A stretch of 64,000 bases of DNA from Schmidtea nova (Eukaryota), in assembly GCA_044892505.1 (NCBI GenBank), contig CM097882.1:224936001-225000000 (forward strand). Direction: 5' to 3'. Position numbers and translations under genes: made by a program. Of the stretch, positions 1 through 13,645 are shown piece by piece. Position 1 is the stretch's first letter, and the number at the start of each line of letters is the position of its first letter. Under the pieces are notes generated by a model that did not search any database, was not told the DNA's origin, and saw only the letters and a list, made by a program, of their open reading frames with translations.

Positions 1-181
1 AATATACCATCACTTGGTGAATACAATTATTGCACAAATGTGACGAACAAGATGAATTACGTGGTTCAATCGTACCACAACGGAACCACTCATTACCACC
101 AAAGTCTATCTAAAGGTGAACCACTCTCATTTGATCCATTTCATTTGAATCAATAAAGTAATGTATGTCAAGCATGACAAC

Positions 182-560
182 TGTTGAGGTTCCCAGAATC
201 TCAACTTGGTATCTTATATAAATAACTAAGATAACACTGATTCGTACTAAATTTTATTAAATAACAAAATAATAATTACCAAGATAAATCAAAATCAAAC
301 AACTTCTTTTCAATCAATGTTTGTTTGTGTGTAAATATGTAGTGAATGTAATATGTGATGCGTGAATGCTGCTCTGAAGTAGATTTACTGTATGCTCTAT
401 TTTAATTTTATAGTCGATAACAACTATAAGATTTTATTCGTAATGATTTTTGGGGTTATTCTACTGAGGATAACCTTAGCTTATGTAGTTATTTTTTGTG
501 GTCCTTGACTTCAAGTGGTAAGAATCATCAAACGTCAATAATATTGTTTTTTGCAAACAA
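182..560 (+). mobile_element. 5' part of an LTR, same family as the solo LTR at 48518-49586
   Basis: Starts TGTTGAGGTTCCCAGAATCTCAACTTGGTATCTTAT, identical to 48518 onward; homology followed for about 350 bp; 3' end not found. Confidence 0.7.
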
Positions 561-924
561 TTTTTCTATTTTTAAAAGTTCAAACAACAACTACTATTTT
601 TAGAGTCATCTTTATTTCCAACATTCCTGAGGTTAAGAAGGTATTAATTTATATCTGGTTGATACATATACATCATTTATAATATTAATTTTCTAATAAT
701 TTGTTTCTATCTATATGTTTCCTTATTATTTATTTTTTGTTTTAATTGATGAACAAAATAAGAAATTTTGTAATAATTTTAATTTAAGTTGTGTATTTAA
801 AGTTAAGTAAATTTGAAATTTTATTTTATATTTTCATCCACGAATTCTAAAAAAATGAGAACCTGTTGGTATCAGAAATATTTGCTAAATACAAATTTAT
901 GAATACCTTCTAGTATTAATTTCA

Positions 925-1199
925 CTAACAGGGTATTTACTATTTTTAAATTTTACAACATGTAAATTATTTATGTTTTATTTTCTTTAAATTATACGGT
1001 GAATTTTGTTATTACTTTTCGTTTATTCCAACAAAATAGATAATTATGATCTCAGTTATTTTTTTAATTATTAAATTGTCATTTAGATTTCCAAGAATAA
1101 ATTAATTATTCAAAACGAATGGGAATCGCTAACAGGGTATTGACTATTTAAATTTTACATGTAACTTATTTATGTTTGATTGGGAGTATTCTTTAAAAT
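925..1199. repeat. Degenerate ~204-bp tandem duplication running into the assembly gap
   Basis: CTAACAGGGTATT...AAATTTTACA...TTATTTATGTTT at 925 and again at 1129. Confidence 0.55.
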
Positions 1200-1431
1200 N
1201 NNNNNNNNNNNNNNNNNNNNNNNNNNNNNNNNNNNNNNNNNNNNNNNNNNNNNNNNNNNNNNNNNNNNNNNNNNNNNNNNNNNNNNNNNNNNNNNNNNNN
1301 NNNNNNNNNNNNNNNNNNNNNNNNNNNNNNNNNNNNNNNNNNNNNNNNNNNNNNNNNNNNNNNNNNNNNNNNNNNNNNNNNNNNNNNNNNNNNNNNNNNN
1401 NNNNNNNNNNNNNNNNNNNNNNNNNNNNNNN
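1200..1431. other. Assembly gap (232 N)
   Basis: Run of N; the three X-filled ORFs in the track are artefacts. Confidence 1.
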
Positions 1432-2143
1432 TTTAAGCGCGATCTGTCCTAAAAACACTTCAATCGTCTCTATGATTGTGTTTTTACAATGACTGACAGA
1501 ACTGTACAACAACCTTACTCTACCGCACTTGCAAAACACCAACTAAGCACGTGAGCGCCGACCAGAACAATTCCTTTATTCTGGCACTTGAAGTGCCTTT
1601 TCCTATTTTTAATGACGCCTTGCGTCTACAAATTCTTTTCTTAAAACAAAATTAATTTTTTGCTCTTAGAAGGCGATAATTAATTAATTAATATATGTTA
1701 ATATGTATGGGGGTCTTGATTCGGGATAATATTTGATGATAGCAGTGAATTTGTCGAAATATATCTTATTTTCCTTATGGAATTAGTGAGTTTATCGAAA
1801 TATATTTACTGCCCTGAACAATTGTTATTTATTAAAAATCTTTTAAAATCTTTTATTGACAATGACAAAATAAAATTATTCCCCAAGCCTCATAAAAATC
1901 ATTAAAAAAATATGACAAAACAAAACACATAAAATAAAATTATCAATTAATCATATTATTGTTATTATTGTTGTATCATCTTAAATTATAAAACCTAATA
2001 ACTATTCTGTAGTATGTGATTATTTTTATGTTGCTATGATATATATTTATTTATTTTTGTTTAATAGATAAATTAATGTGTAGTTAGAAATCGTTGAAGG
2101 GCCCAAAAGAGTCTCCCAGAACTTATTGTGGGGACAATTGGGG

Positions 2144-4843
2144 CAGTTATGAGCTGCCAAACATTTTACAACCGGTTCTATAAAACCAAAAACTAAAAAT
2201 CGTTTTATTTTAATAAAATATCATTTAATTTGAATAGATTTTTTTTAAATTTTTTTTTTTAAATTATTATAATAATTTCCAAATGATTTCATTATTTTCA
2301 TTAATATTTTTTTGGCGCATTTCGAATCCTGGTATCATCAGCTGAATTATGATTCCTCAACCAAGTTTTGACATATTCTCCAGCATTCCATTGTCAAGTG
2401 GTGGTCCAATCATATTAATACTCATTAAACTAGAAATATGTTCTACTGAAAGATTAGCTCTTCTTTTTTCACAAATAATATTCATTAATGAGAATCCTCG
2501 TTCGGCCTCTGATGAACTTATAGCAATGGTGTTAATTTTATTTTTAGCTTTTTGAATTGTTTCTATTTCAGAGATTTTTCCTTCAATTACATTTTGAACA
2601 TAATCTCTGAAATCATTAATGGGAATTTCGTATCTAATTATTTCATTTCAATTTTTCTTCTCCCAAAATCCAAGGACAAGTAATTTCTTCCAAATTCCAA
2701 TCAGCTTCAAGTAAATTAAATAATTCGGCAATGTCGTTATTTTTTTCATTTTTTGTCATTCTTATATGTCTACAATTTAACATTCGGGAATTCATTTTAT
2801 CAATTATTGTTTCAATAAGTTTTTTTCTTGGGAGACTTTCAAATTTTTTATTTTCCACAAAAGGAATATCTGCAAATGCAGGTGACGACAACATTTCTTC
2901 AATTTTTTTTTCAAATGTTCCTAAATTTTCTTTCAAATTTATCATAATATTTATAGTTCTTTTTATCAGTTTCGTTGCCTTTTGAAGGGTAACAAACCTA
3001 GCTTGTAATCCTATTGACAAATAGGACATCTCTTGAAGAATATCGATCATAAGCGCTAAATCCTTTATAAAATATTTATTCGCAAGTCGGTTTGCCATAC
3101 CAAGATATTTGGAATCATCCTTAAAAAATTTGTAAAGTGGTACATAAGCCCGCCAAACAGCCATAGCAGATCTTAAGCTGCATGCTGCCCATCATGGGTC
3201 TAAGACTCGACCTATTTTAATTATTTCCACTTCCAAATCTCGTGATATATTTTGTAAGCGCAATTGATTTTTATTTGATTGAAGAAAAATTACATAAATT
3301 TTATCGATAAATGATTTAAAATGATTCACTTGCTTTATTTCGTCTATTGCGTCATCCAAAACCAGCTGAAGACGATGGTTTAAGCAATGCCAAACTATTA
3401 CATAAGGAAATTCTTTTATTAATCTTGTAGCAACATCTGACTTTTGACCAAGCATTGTACTTGCACCATCAGAACAAAAACCAATCAGATTTTCTTTCAA
3501 AAAATCTGTGGAAAAGCCACTTGAGTTTAGTGTTTGCATTAGAATATTAAAAATATGCTCAGCGGTTTGAGATTCTAAATGAACTAAGTCCAAAAAAAAT
3601 ATTGGATTTTCTTTTTCCATTTCAAACTTCAAAAAAATGACTAGCACCGATTTGCTTGATATAGTTGAGGCTTCATCTATGATTACGCAAATTTTTGAAT
3701 TGGATGCAATTATTTTTTCAACAATTATTTCTTTCATTTGTTTTGCTATGTGTTCTGCTATTCTAATTGCACTAAACCTAGAATGAAGCGAAATTCCAAG
3801 ATCTACCCCATTTTTAACCTGAAGTTCAACTTCTGCTTCCATATCTGAAAGCGGTCTTTCTTTTTATTAAGCTGTAAACAATATTGAATATTTTATTAGT
3901 ACTAGCCATATTTTTGGCATTATTTGAATCGATGATTCTGGGTAGTTCATTTTTTTCTTTTTGTTCAAGCATTTTAAAAACCATTAAATGTGTTTTTGAT
4001 TTAAAATGTTCAGACATTTTTTTTCTTAATGAAGCCTGTTGAATAACTTTTGTTGTTCCCGATGGTTGAATTTCAAAATTTTGCCATTGTTGTGGAATGT
4101 GAATGTTTTGTTCTTTACAAATACCCAAAATATCGAACGAGGAGCATTTTAGACATCCAAGCTTTTTTTTTTTACCTCCAGGCCATCATATTTAGCTTGA
4201 AATAGCTTTAATTGGTCACCATTCCAGCAATCTGGAAAATTATTCTCTTTTTCGATATTGGCTGGTAAAATTTTAGAGCAAGATACTGTTGCTGATTCCT
4301 GGCTTACGCTTAGAGTTACAGTATTTGAAATATTTTCCTCTTCTTCTTCATAGTTTTTTTATTATTATTAAAATAATCACGAATATTAGCTTTGCGTTTC
4401 ATTAAATTTTATTTCCTAAAAGAATGGGCTTATTTAGGAAATAAAGTAGAAAATATAAATATACTCACAATATATTAATAATTGTTTATAAATAAGATAA
4501 ATGGATTCTTGTTTTTCTGTTAAAATTTTTTTTTATTTTTTGTAAAAATAGTTATTTAAGCAGCACAAAATTATCACTTCTAAACTTTAATAAAAACAAG
4601 AAAATAATGTTTGCTAATACACACATAATAACTTTTTAGTGAAAGAAATCTCAACGCCAACTTTGCAATGAAAATATTTAAATTTTAAATTTATTTGTTG
4701 TTTTTAAATATAGTGTCACCTATTAATTAGGTATCAACAAAATTAATTTGTTGATTCCTAATTAACAAACGGTTTTATAAACTACAAAAAATTTAACAAC
4801 CGGTTCTATAGAACCGGTGCGGACCAGCTACAGCTCATCACTG
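2144..4843 (-). mobile_element. Full-length hAT DNA transposon, 2700 bp
   Basis: 13-bp TIRs CAGT(T/G)ATGAGCTG; perfect 8-bp TSD AATTGGGG at 2136-2143 and 4844-4851; subterminal ACCGGTTCTATA motifs. Confidence 0.95.
2360..4200 (-). pseudogene. hAT transposase (ZNF862/KIAA1586-like) with one in-frame stop and two frameshifts
   Basis: IIDEAST, CSDGASTMLG, WHCLNHRLQL motifs; C-terminal hAT dimerisation motif SSSEAERGFSLMNII; TGA at 3192-3194 in frame with 2643-3164; frameshifts near 3835 and 2645. Confidence 0.92.
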
Positions 4844-5924
4844 AATTGGGGTGCTGGTTTTGTTTGTGGGTGTATGTATGAGAGTATGTAAGTAAACTGA
4901 TTTTATATATAGAATAAAATATTTAACAGTAACTATTAAACACAATTTTTATTATTACGATAACGAAATTTTAAAAAATGTAAATTAATCTAACTCTGAA
5001 ATTCGGTCGAAACTTTCTGGGAAGATAGGATAGTAAATTTTTAGGCTTGTATGGCTTTTTAAACTTTCTTGGATTTTTCTTATCTTCAATTTCTTTCGAC
5101 TTTGTTTTTTTAATTTTAATCTTTAAGTTTGTTTTTCTTTAACTGTTCTTGTTGGCTTGAATTCTGCTACTATATTTGTTTCTTGTTTTCCGTAGTTAAA
5201 TTAGTTTTATTTCCAATTGATTTTTTTTAATTTGTGATTTGACTTACTATAGTAATTTACTATAGCAAGCCAAATTCAAATTTATAATTTGAATTTTGAT
5301 AATTATTATGAAATAAACCAATACACAAAAAAATAAAATTAACAACAAGGGGGGAACCACTACAGGGGAAAATAAACCACACAAATCGTGAACATTACAA
5401 CTGTCATCACATAATTGTTATCAAAATTGAGTCAAATAAAATATTATCAATAAAATCAAAAGAAATTCAGTTCAATTATTTGATATTGGATTGGATTGAT
5501 GATCATTGTCATCTTGGTCTATGTATACATTCACTTTGTATTTATTTATCCCTATACTATAATATTTTAGTTTTATTATTTTTACTATCCTTCCATCCTC
5601 TAACAAAACCTTTGATAAAATAAAAATTTTAAATAAATCAATCAATATCAGAAATACGAGGAAAATGAGTCATGCATAAACAACGAGGTGAATGGGACAC
5701 CGTATGAATTAGATATTTTGTATCGGCGAATTATTTACGCCTAAGAACGAATAAATTATTTAGATTTCACAAATTTTCAATAAACAAATCAATCAAAACA
5801 AACAAAACTTTGAACGACGAAACTTTGGTCAGCCTACAACATCCACGCATAATTTTATAACTGTATAGGAGCCGTCACTAAGCTAATTCACTGTAATTAT
5901 AGATTAACTTGAATAATATAATTA

Positions 5925-6335
5925 ATGCCTTCTCAAACGAAAAGCACCGACAGCCATCTATTAACAGCTTTGGCAGCCACGATTCTAATGTTAAAGTAGG
6001 CGCTGATAGAAATAATGAACACAATCCTGTTTCTGCCGCTAACAAGGGAGATATTTTATGAATGTGGATTTCGAGTGATCTTAGAGGGAGAAAAATAGTA
6101 CCCAATTCTCGTAGAGCACTATCAATTTCAATCAAATTCAAAGATAGTCATCATAAACTGGGAACCGACTGGGCAAAAATCGACCGCAGCTGGTATCAAG
6201 ATGCAAGTCACAAGTGAAGAGAGCAGCAAGGCTAAGTTCAGATCCGACTTAATAGCGTGAAAAGACCTAACTTTGACAAATGAAGGAAAAACAATCCAAG
6301 AAAGCGAACACGTCACGATTACAAAGAAGGGATAA
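5925..6335 (+). pseudogene. Novel ORF family 3, copy 1 (three in-frame stops)
   Basis: MPSQ...ALIEIMNTILFLPLTREIFYECGFRVILEGEK*YPILVEHY...KDLTLTNEGKTI; stops at 5997, 6096 and 6258; clear similarity to 9886-10352. Confidence 0.6.
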
Positions 6336-6530
6336 CGATTATTGCGATATAAATAATTCATTTGTGAGAAATTGATGGAGCAGACGAGGCACAGACAGAA
6401 CCCGAATAAATGAGCGCCGAATCAGAATTGAATTAATTTATTTTTTGTAGTCTCAATAAATAATTTTCTTTTGATGTATTGTTTTCATTATAGCATAATG
6501 CTTATCTTGTAAATCAATAGGACTTTGTTT

Positions 6531-8099
6531 GGTTCTAGGACAAAATGGTATGGGACAATATGGTACGGATAAAATGGTATATGGACAAAATGTTATGAGA
6601 CAAAATAGTATGGACAAAATGGTACGGACAAAATGGTAGTAGGATAAAATCATATAATGGATGAAATAGTATAGATTTGAGTCTATTTACATATAACAAG
6701 TTTTATTTTTTCAGTTATAAGAACTGTAATGAGTAATTATTCTAATAAATAATTATATTAATATATAATTATATTCTAATACATAATTATATAATACATA
6801 ATATATTACCGATAAGAAAAAGTTAACAAGTAAGTAGGTTAGGTTGCCTTTATTTAACTTAAATGTCAGACGCATTCACTTTACAGTAATAAAAATTCAA
6901 TACAAAAATCTAAACTAGTAAAATTAAAATATACGAATGACAATGAATTAGTTAGTGTTATAAAAATTAATGTCAGAAATCTAAGAATAATGGTTTATTC
7001 AGTTTTAAGATTTCATATATTCTTATGAACTTGTTGTAGTTTTCGTGCTAACTTTGCAACGGATGAATGAGCAAAGCCAATGACGTTGTTTCAATAATTA
7101 TGCCAGCCTTCTATACATTGTTGCTGCGAGGCAGGTTGTCGATGACTCCACAATCGAATTGCGAAATTTGGCTGACATCTTCTTCCTCTTTTTTTGCCTG
7201 CCGATGAAGTTTCCCTCCATATAAAAGCAGATTACCTCAATTTCTAGATACGTAGGATCCACAGTTAGAGTTTCAAAAACTTCTATGATGTCATCTGGAG
7301 GAATAAGTTCAAGAGCAAGAAGACGCTTGACAACAAGTGCAAAATCCGGTTCATCTCTCTAACGTTCCGAAAAACCTATCTATTGTAGTTTCTTCCAAAC
7401 GCACTGACCGAAGTGAAACATGCATCTAGTTATTGATGCCGCCGGAAATGTATTGTGAAAGGCTCGAATTGCTGTCAATTCAAAATCAAACAAAACAGAA
7501 ACTGTATCTAAATCTGCAAGATGAGAATTTCCCGAAGGAGTTCTTGATATGATTGATCGGTTTTCTCAGATAGTAGTGAGTAGAATACAGGAAAATCCAT
7601 TTGGGACTAATCGAACAATCGAACGCGTAGCTTCTTCTTTTTCTTCGGCTCTTCTTTTTATGTTGTTACGAGCCCTTTTAACATTTATTTTCCCATGAGT
7701 TACTGTGTGATTGTGAACTCTTACTTCAAGAACATTTGCATCTGCCTGTGCATGAAGTCGTGCCTTGCACGCTCTTCTTTCACAATGTCACAGGTCCTTG
7801 CCATCACTGCCATCCGTGTTCTTGATAAACAAATAACCTTGTACTACCAGCTTTCAAGTTCCTTTTTGAGATGTAACAAATTCTAACATGGCTAAAAATT
7901 AAATAAATTCTAATAATAATAAATTTAATAGTAAATATTATTAATTGATAAACTTCAAAGTTAATAATTAATAAAATTTCGAAAGTTTCAATTGAATTAA
8001 TTATCTTAGAGAATTTAAGTTATTTTAATAAAATGTTTTTTTTCTTATGGTACCATTTTGCCTGTATACAATTTTGTCCGTACAATTTTGTCCGTCACC
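6531..8099 (-). mobile_element. Internally deleted Mutator-like element (FLYWCH-MULE)
   Basis: Inverted arrays of GGACAAAATGGTA subterminal repeats at 6531-6650 and 8049-8099; imperfect TSD CTTTGTTT/TTTTGTTT; FLYWCH-like MLEFVTSQKG..GY..W.C..R.CKAR.H...HNH from 7889; MULE core DFE.TAIRAFHNTFP..CMFHFGQCVWKKLQ at about 7380-7500. Confidence 0.88.
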
Positions 8100-8169
8100 T
8101 TTTGTTTTTTTTTTCAAAATCTCTACAATTCACTATAATTAGTACGAGGATTAATCATTTATCTTATAT

Positions 8170-8625
8170 ATGAGTACATCAAACGAAGAATTGAGAGCTT
8201 TCTTAAAAGAGACAGCCAAATCAAAAATGAAAGTGGAAAAAAGAGTGGCAAATTTAATACAACGTTTCCGAAAGACTGAAAGTACCTGATTCGATCCCAG
8301 AAAGATAACAAATGCTCAGAAGCAAATCGAAGCTTTAAAGACCTACGTGCAGTAAATGTAAAATTACGATGACAGTAATATCAACCCGATACTAACCCGA
8401 TCAAGCAACCGTACAAAATGTACTGACCAAGACAATAAGACCATTGTCTTACCCGAAACAAGAATTGTTCCCTGATAGGATGGACGTATAAACGATTAGG
8501 ATCGTAAACGAAAACACTGTTCGAAAGTTCAGGCCAGGAAAAGCCGAAAGAACAAGAAAGACGTTACGAATACAATATTTTCGAGATTTTCGAGGTTTAT
8601 TTTCTACAGTAAAGATATACAATAA
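8170..8625 (+). pseudogene. Decayed ORF2-family copy
   Basis: MSTSNEELRAFLKE...KTEST*FDPRKI (TGA at 8287 where relatives have W of WF.PE); basic tail RKRKHCSKVQARKSRKNKK; several further stops. Confidence 0.5.
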
Positions 8626-9885
8626 TGATTTTAGAATTTTATGAATTTTAAAAAGTAATAATGAAAACAGATTAAGTTAAACACATTGTCGGGCAAAAAC
8701 TAAAACTTTTTGTAATTGTTTAAATGAAAAGATAATCTTGAAAACTGAACAGAATTAGATTAAAATTCTGACACAAACGCCTAATAAATCTCTAAAATAT
8801 ATGACAATTAGTACATAATTAAAATTAAAACACGTAATTTTAAATTAAAACTAGTAACAAGTCAGTACACCAACGTGAAAGGATCTTTGGTGGAATGCCG
8901 GCGAACGATTCCCTGACCGACGGAGTAACCATGTGTTGTACAGTTCCTACGAAGCGGAATTCAGGGGCATCACTGTGAAACGACCAGGAAGATCTTTATA
9001 TCTTTTATACAAATATACAGCTATAACTTGAGAGAAACTCGCTGAGACGTTCCTTGGAAAAACTCATGAGCCGAATTAAGTAACCCAAAGATTAAGAGTG
9101 CAGCATATACCGGTGTCAAGAATGAGAATGGAAAGTAAACTGATTTTAGAGTTTAGAGCGACAATTCGAAGTTCGACTAAAAAAAGCTAACTTGCATTAT
9201 CTATATTATAAATGGTACGAACTCTGGAGCGTAGCTCGGCCAGACCCGAATCATTCACGATTTATTATACCAACCTTAGCCCCTCATTCTCGCGCAGCGT
9301 ATATAGTGTGAAAGTAAATCAGGTATCAGTTTAAGGTATGAAAATGGAATAGTAAACTTATTTATATAGATAAAACAGTAGATAGGATAAAGCCAACGAA
9401 CAGTGAATTTTAGTACGATGTCGAAATGTACAATTTCATAAAAATTATTCTGCAGTAACAATTTCACATTTAATAAATATGCTACAAATGAATCAACCAT
9501 AATGAGCATGGCCGTTGATTATCGAAAATAGGCCCCCTGTCCTCATTATTATGTCAATTATGCTGATCGGTAAATCAAATCAGCAACGTCATTTATTCAC
9601 GTATACAAAGATTAAATAAACAATAATAAATTGCTAATTTGCATGAAAACAGGGAGGCGACAAAGGATACCCAGGAGAGGAATTTATAAAAACAAGAAAT
9701 AAAAAGGGTTTCTGATTGTTTAGAATCTCTCAGTGCAAATTTCCAACGAATATTAATGGTTTCTTTATAAAATGCAGTCGGTGGACAACCACACTCCCCT
9801 AGTTTATCAAAATGAAGTATATAAAGGGACTCTAAACTCAACCAAATAGCAGTAAAAAGAAATAAACATTAATATTTCTGAGAAA

Positions 9886-10352
9886 GTTAGTCCTAACGAA
9901 ACATTCACCTGTCACTCCTTGGCGGAAGCCCTCGTAAATGTGATGAATGCAGTGATCCTAACTCCTGTCGTGAAGGCCATGTGCTTCGAACGCAATTTCC
10001 AGGTCATTCTGGAGGGAGAAGAGAAATACTCAATATCAGTTGAGCAGTACTGAATAAATGAACCTCCAAGGATATTGATTATCAAAATGGAGTCAACAGA
10101 AGTCGCGGCTCCAATTTATCATTCCAGCTTAACAACAGGAAACAAGACTATGGTACACAATCCACGAACGACACATTCAGTGATGACTGATGGAAGGAAA
10201 AAATTTTGCCAACCGAACCAAAAGTCAATGAAATAAGTCCAATAAGAAAAGGCGTCACCTTTACGTCTGAGGAAACAGAAATCAGGGCAGAAGGAACGAG
10301 AATTACAACTGTGGCGACAGAAAATAATAAAGAAAAATCAATCATGAAGTAG
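9886..10352 (+). pseudogene. Novel ORF family 3, copy 2
   Basis: ALVNVMNAVILTPVVKAMCFERNFQVILEGEEKYSISVEQY*...KGVTFTSEETEI; stop plus frameshift; TATATAAAG about 60 nt upstream. Confidence 0.6.
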
Positions 10353-10359
10353 TTCTAAG

Positions 10360-11710
10360 TAGAGCTTGGGGTCTAGACTTTTTTCGAGAATTCTCGGGAC
10401 TTTTATAATTTTAATATCTTATGTCTCGTGTTTCAATATTTTAAGTACATTCGGGTATTCCCGATTTTCAAGAATATTTATTTTTGTATCGAGAATTCTT
10501 AATATAATATAATATTTTTCTTAATTCAAACAATAATGTTTAACATTTAAAATGACAAATGAAAGTGCAACAATAATATAAATATACTATTTTTTATGTT
10601 TTCAATAAAAATTCAATTTTGTCTAATTTTTTAGTATTGTATTATTTGAGTATGGACGTGAAAATATGAGTAAGTTATTATATATAAATTTATTTTTTCA
10701 TTAAATATAATTATTTATCATTAATATAATTATTTTCAATATTTTGAAGCATAAAAAATGAGCAGTACTGAAAAAAGAAAAATATTACGAGAATGTTTGG
10801 AAGCTTTTTGTTCGTAGTATCGATATGGATATTGCAACATGTAATATATGTAACAAGATCCTCTACTACAGGTCTACATCGGAATTTGGAAAGAAAGCAT
10901 TCAATGCAAAGAACAGCACCAGAAGAAAATTTAGGAAATTTAAACGTTTTAAGCTTAGTAGTGATATAAGCTAACTAAATATTTTACCCACTCTTGAGGA
11001 AATTATTTCCAAATTATAACATTCCCATACAAAAAATAATTAATAGTGAGTTCATAAGAACTAGTCTCGAACTGCGGGAATTCGATCCACCAAAAAAAAC
11101 AACTGATGTAATGAACCTAATCTATAAATATAATGAAAATGTGAAAGAAAGCATTTGTTCAAAAGTTATTGAATTAAAGCCAGAAAATCAAAAAATTACT
11201 ACAAGTATTGATGAATGGACTAGTCTAAGAAAAAACAATATTTAAATATTCACATATATTTTGAGAATGGTGAATCTGGAAATCTCAAACTCGTAATTAT
11301 CCATGGTAGCTGTCCAGCAGATGAAATGGTTATTACATATATATAAAAGCCTTATCACTGTATGTGTCTGTAACGCTGACCACATTAGACAGTCTACTTA
11401 CTATAGTAAGTAGATTAAAATTGAAATTTATTAAAATAAATTTATTAAGTTGATTTATTATCAGCGTTACAGACACATACATACAGTGACAAGGCATTAA
11501 GTATTCAAACTATTTACCCGTGCTAGCACGGGATAAAGCCTAGTTTGGTAAATAAAAAACTAGAACCATTCCTTATTAATTTTGAAAAAGACGCTTTTGC
11601 TACGACAAGTGATGGAGCCAGCGTTATGGCTAAATTTGGTGAATTATCTAAACCAATACTGCAACTCTGTTACAACCACGCTATAAACCTGGCAGTGATT
11701 CATATTTTAA
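10360..11710 (+). mobile_element. Truncated hAT (ZBED-type) transposon with decayed transposase
   Basis: Left end TAGAGCTTGGG with CCCGA/TCGGG subterminal motifs; BED finger VWKLF..ATCNICNK from about 10790; SIDEWTSLRKN; TSDGASVM..QLCYNHAINLAV; no right TIR found. Confidence 0.85.
11335..11543 (+). mobile_element. Non-autonomous mini-Helitron (HINE/Helentron-like) inserted in the hAT transposase
   Basis: 3' hairpin CCCGTGCTAGCACGGG followed by ATAAAGCCTAG|T; 5' ...TATATAAAAGCC; ~35-bp internal inverted repeat 11349-11384 / 11461-11495; transposase reading resumes right after CTAG. Confidence 0.8.
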
Positions 11711-12099
11711 AATATTGGATTTAAAAATGTGAATTTAAATTCATGTGACCAAATTGACAATTCTTCAAAATCACTTAACAGTCGTTTTCAGAAAACTTGT
11801 AGAAACACTGGACAAATAGCCCAACTAGCTGGTTGCTCGGGCTTATTGGAAGATAATTCACTCGATGTGACGAGAACCTCATCCGAAAAGCAGAAAGAAT
11901 CATCATTCATAAATTTTACTTGTGGACTCTGGTTCTTGCTAATCTGTATTACCAGTTAATTTATTTTAAATTTTTCGATCATTCAGAGCGAATTATCGGC
12001 TTTCAACTGAACTTCAGTACCCATATACAGCTAATTACAAATCAGTTTTAAGCTTCCTCAAGTTTCTGATGATTTCTTTAGATACTTTTTTTTAAGAAG

Positions 12100-12989
12100 A
12101 TGTTTTCATAAACGCCAGAGGCTTTGGTGCCTGTAGTGGTGTTAGCATTTCCGATACAACACACGTAAAAGAATCTTACAATAGACGCGTCAGATGTAGC
12201 TATAGGTGCATCGTTATATCAAATCATCGATGGATTATGTGTTCCACTAGCAATTATTTCACAAAAACTTAATGAATGCCAAAAGAAATATTCGACGTTT
12301 GACAGAGAACTATTAGAAATCACAAAATTAATAAAATATTTCCTATATATACTAGAAGGCCTATCTTTTATTATTTATATATATATACTGACCAAAATCC
12401 CTTGACATAATTGTTAATGATGACCAAACCATCGCCCACACCACAGCGGCCACTCAGCTATATATCCTAGTTCAACTGCCAAATTAAATTTATTCAAGGT
12501 CGCAATAACATCGTTGCTGATTACTTCTCACGTGGTATTTCAGCTGCAATATCAAACATGAATTTGATAACAAAAGAGCTGTTACTATACAATTCACCTT
12601 CAAAAGAAAAATTATTCAATTTTTCTTTGGTTATAGAATGAGTAGATGACATTCCATGTCATAATTCCATTCAAATCGTCACTCGGCCAATTTTGGGAAA
12701 GAATCTTCGAAACTTGGCATTTAGTTATTTTCAGAACTTATATACCCAGGAATTATTGGAACTTATGAATATCTGAGGAATCAAGTTTTTTTCTTCCTGG
12801 AATGAGGCAAGATATCAAATATTGGTGCTATTCATGATTGCTTTGCCAATTTCCAAAGATTGTACGTTACACAAAACCAGCGATCCAACATTTTACAACT
12901 GGAAACATATTTGAAACAGTTCATTTAGATTTATTTGGTCCACTTCTATCATGTTCAGGTTATCGCTTCATTTTAAAAATTACTGACAG
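12100..12989 (+). pseudogene. Ty3/Gypsy pol fragment (RNase H-like and integrase N-terminus)
   Basis: DASDVAIGASLYQ, YSTFDRELL, IQGRNNIVADYFSR, H...C..C zinc region, VHLDLFGPL..SGYRFIL. Confidence 0.9.
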
Positions 12990-13645
12990 TGTTGGGACTA
13001 TAGCAGTATGTAATCCTATGGTAACAATATAACTATCGTTTAACCAGTTGTGACTCATCGCAAGCAACGTTGGTGATTTAACTATTGAACCTAATACTCA
13101 GAAAAGATGAACAGTGTTACCAGAATTATAAGTGATAGAGTAATTCTATGGAATCAAGAGCTATCGATAGAAGATATGTACTCATTTCGATGTTCGGTCC
13201 CCTTCTTTTATAATAACGCTTTAACTTTCTATTGTTTATTTGTAATTCTTGTTTTTGCCCGAGAAACTATAAAAATATATTTGTTACATTTTTTTTCATG
13301 AGATGTACGACTAAATGTTAATTATAATTCTTTAAATAATAATAATAAATATTCTATTTCATCATACTACATTATTATCAATCTTGATAAAACTTGGAAA
13401 TCAAAGTTCTGTACTTAGTATGAGTCGATTGTAAATTCATATTCCTACAGTAGTACTGATTACAACGAAGCTGCTCGTATGGAGACTCGTGAAACAGATT
13501 CCTTAATATAACAATAACAACTAAAACTAATATTTTTCTTGAAATAATATAATGTTAAAGTGTTCATGAAATTCAGTCTAACAATAAAGATAATGATAAA
13601 TATTCAAGTACTATTAATATTGACGGAGCTTTAAAAATGGTTGAT

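Noticed and set aside
1144-1542. Three ORFs spanning the N run
   Set aside because: Open only because N codons translate as X
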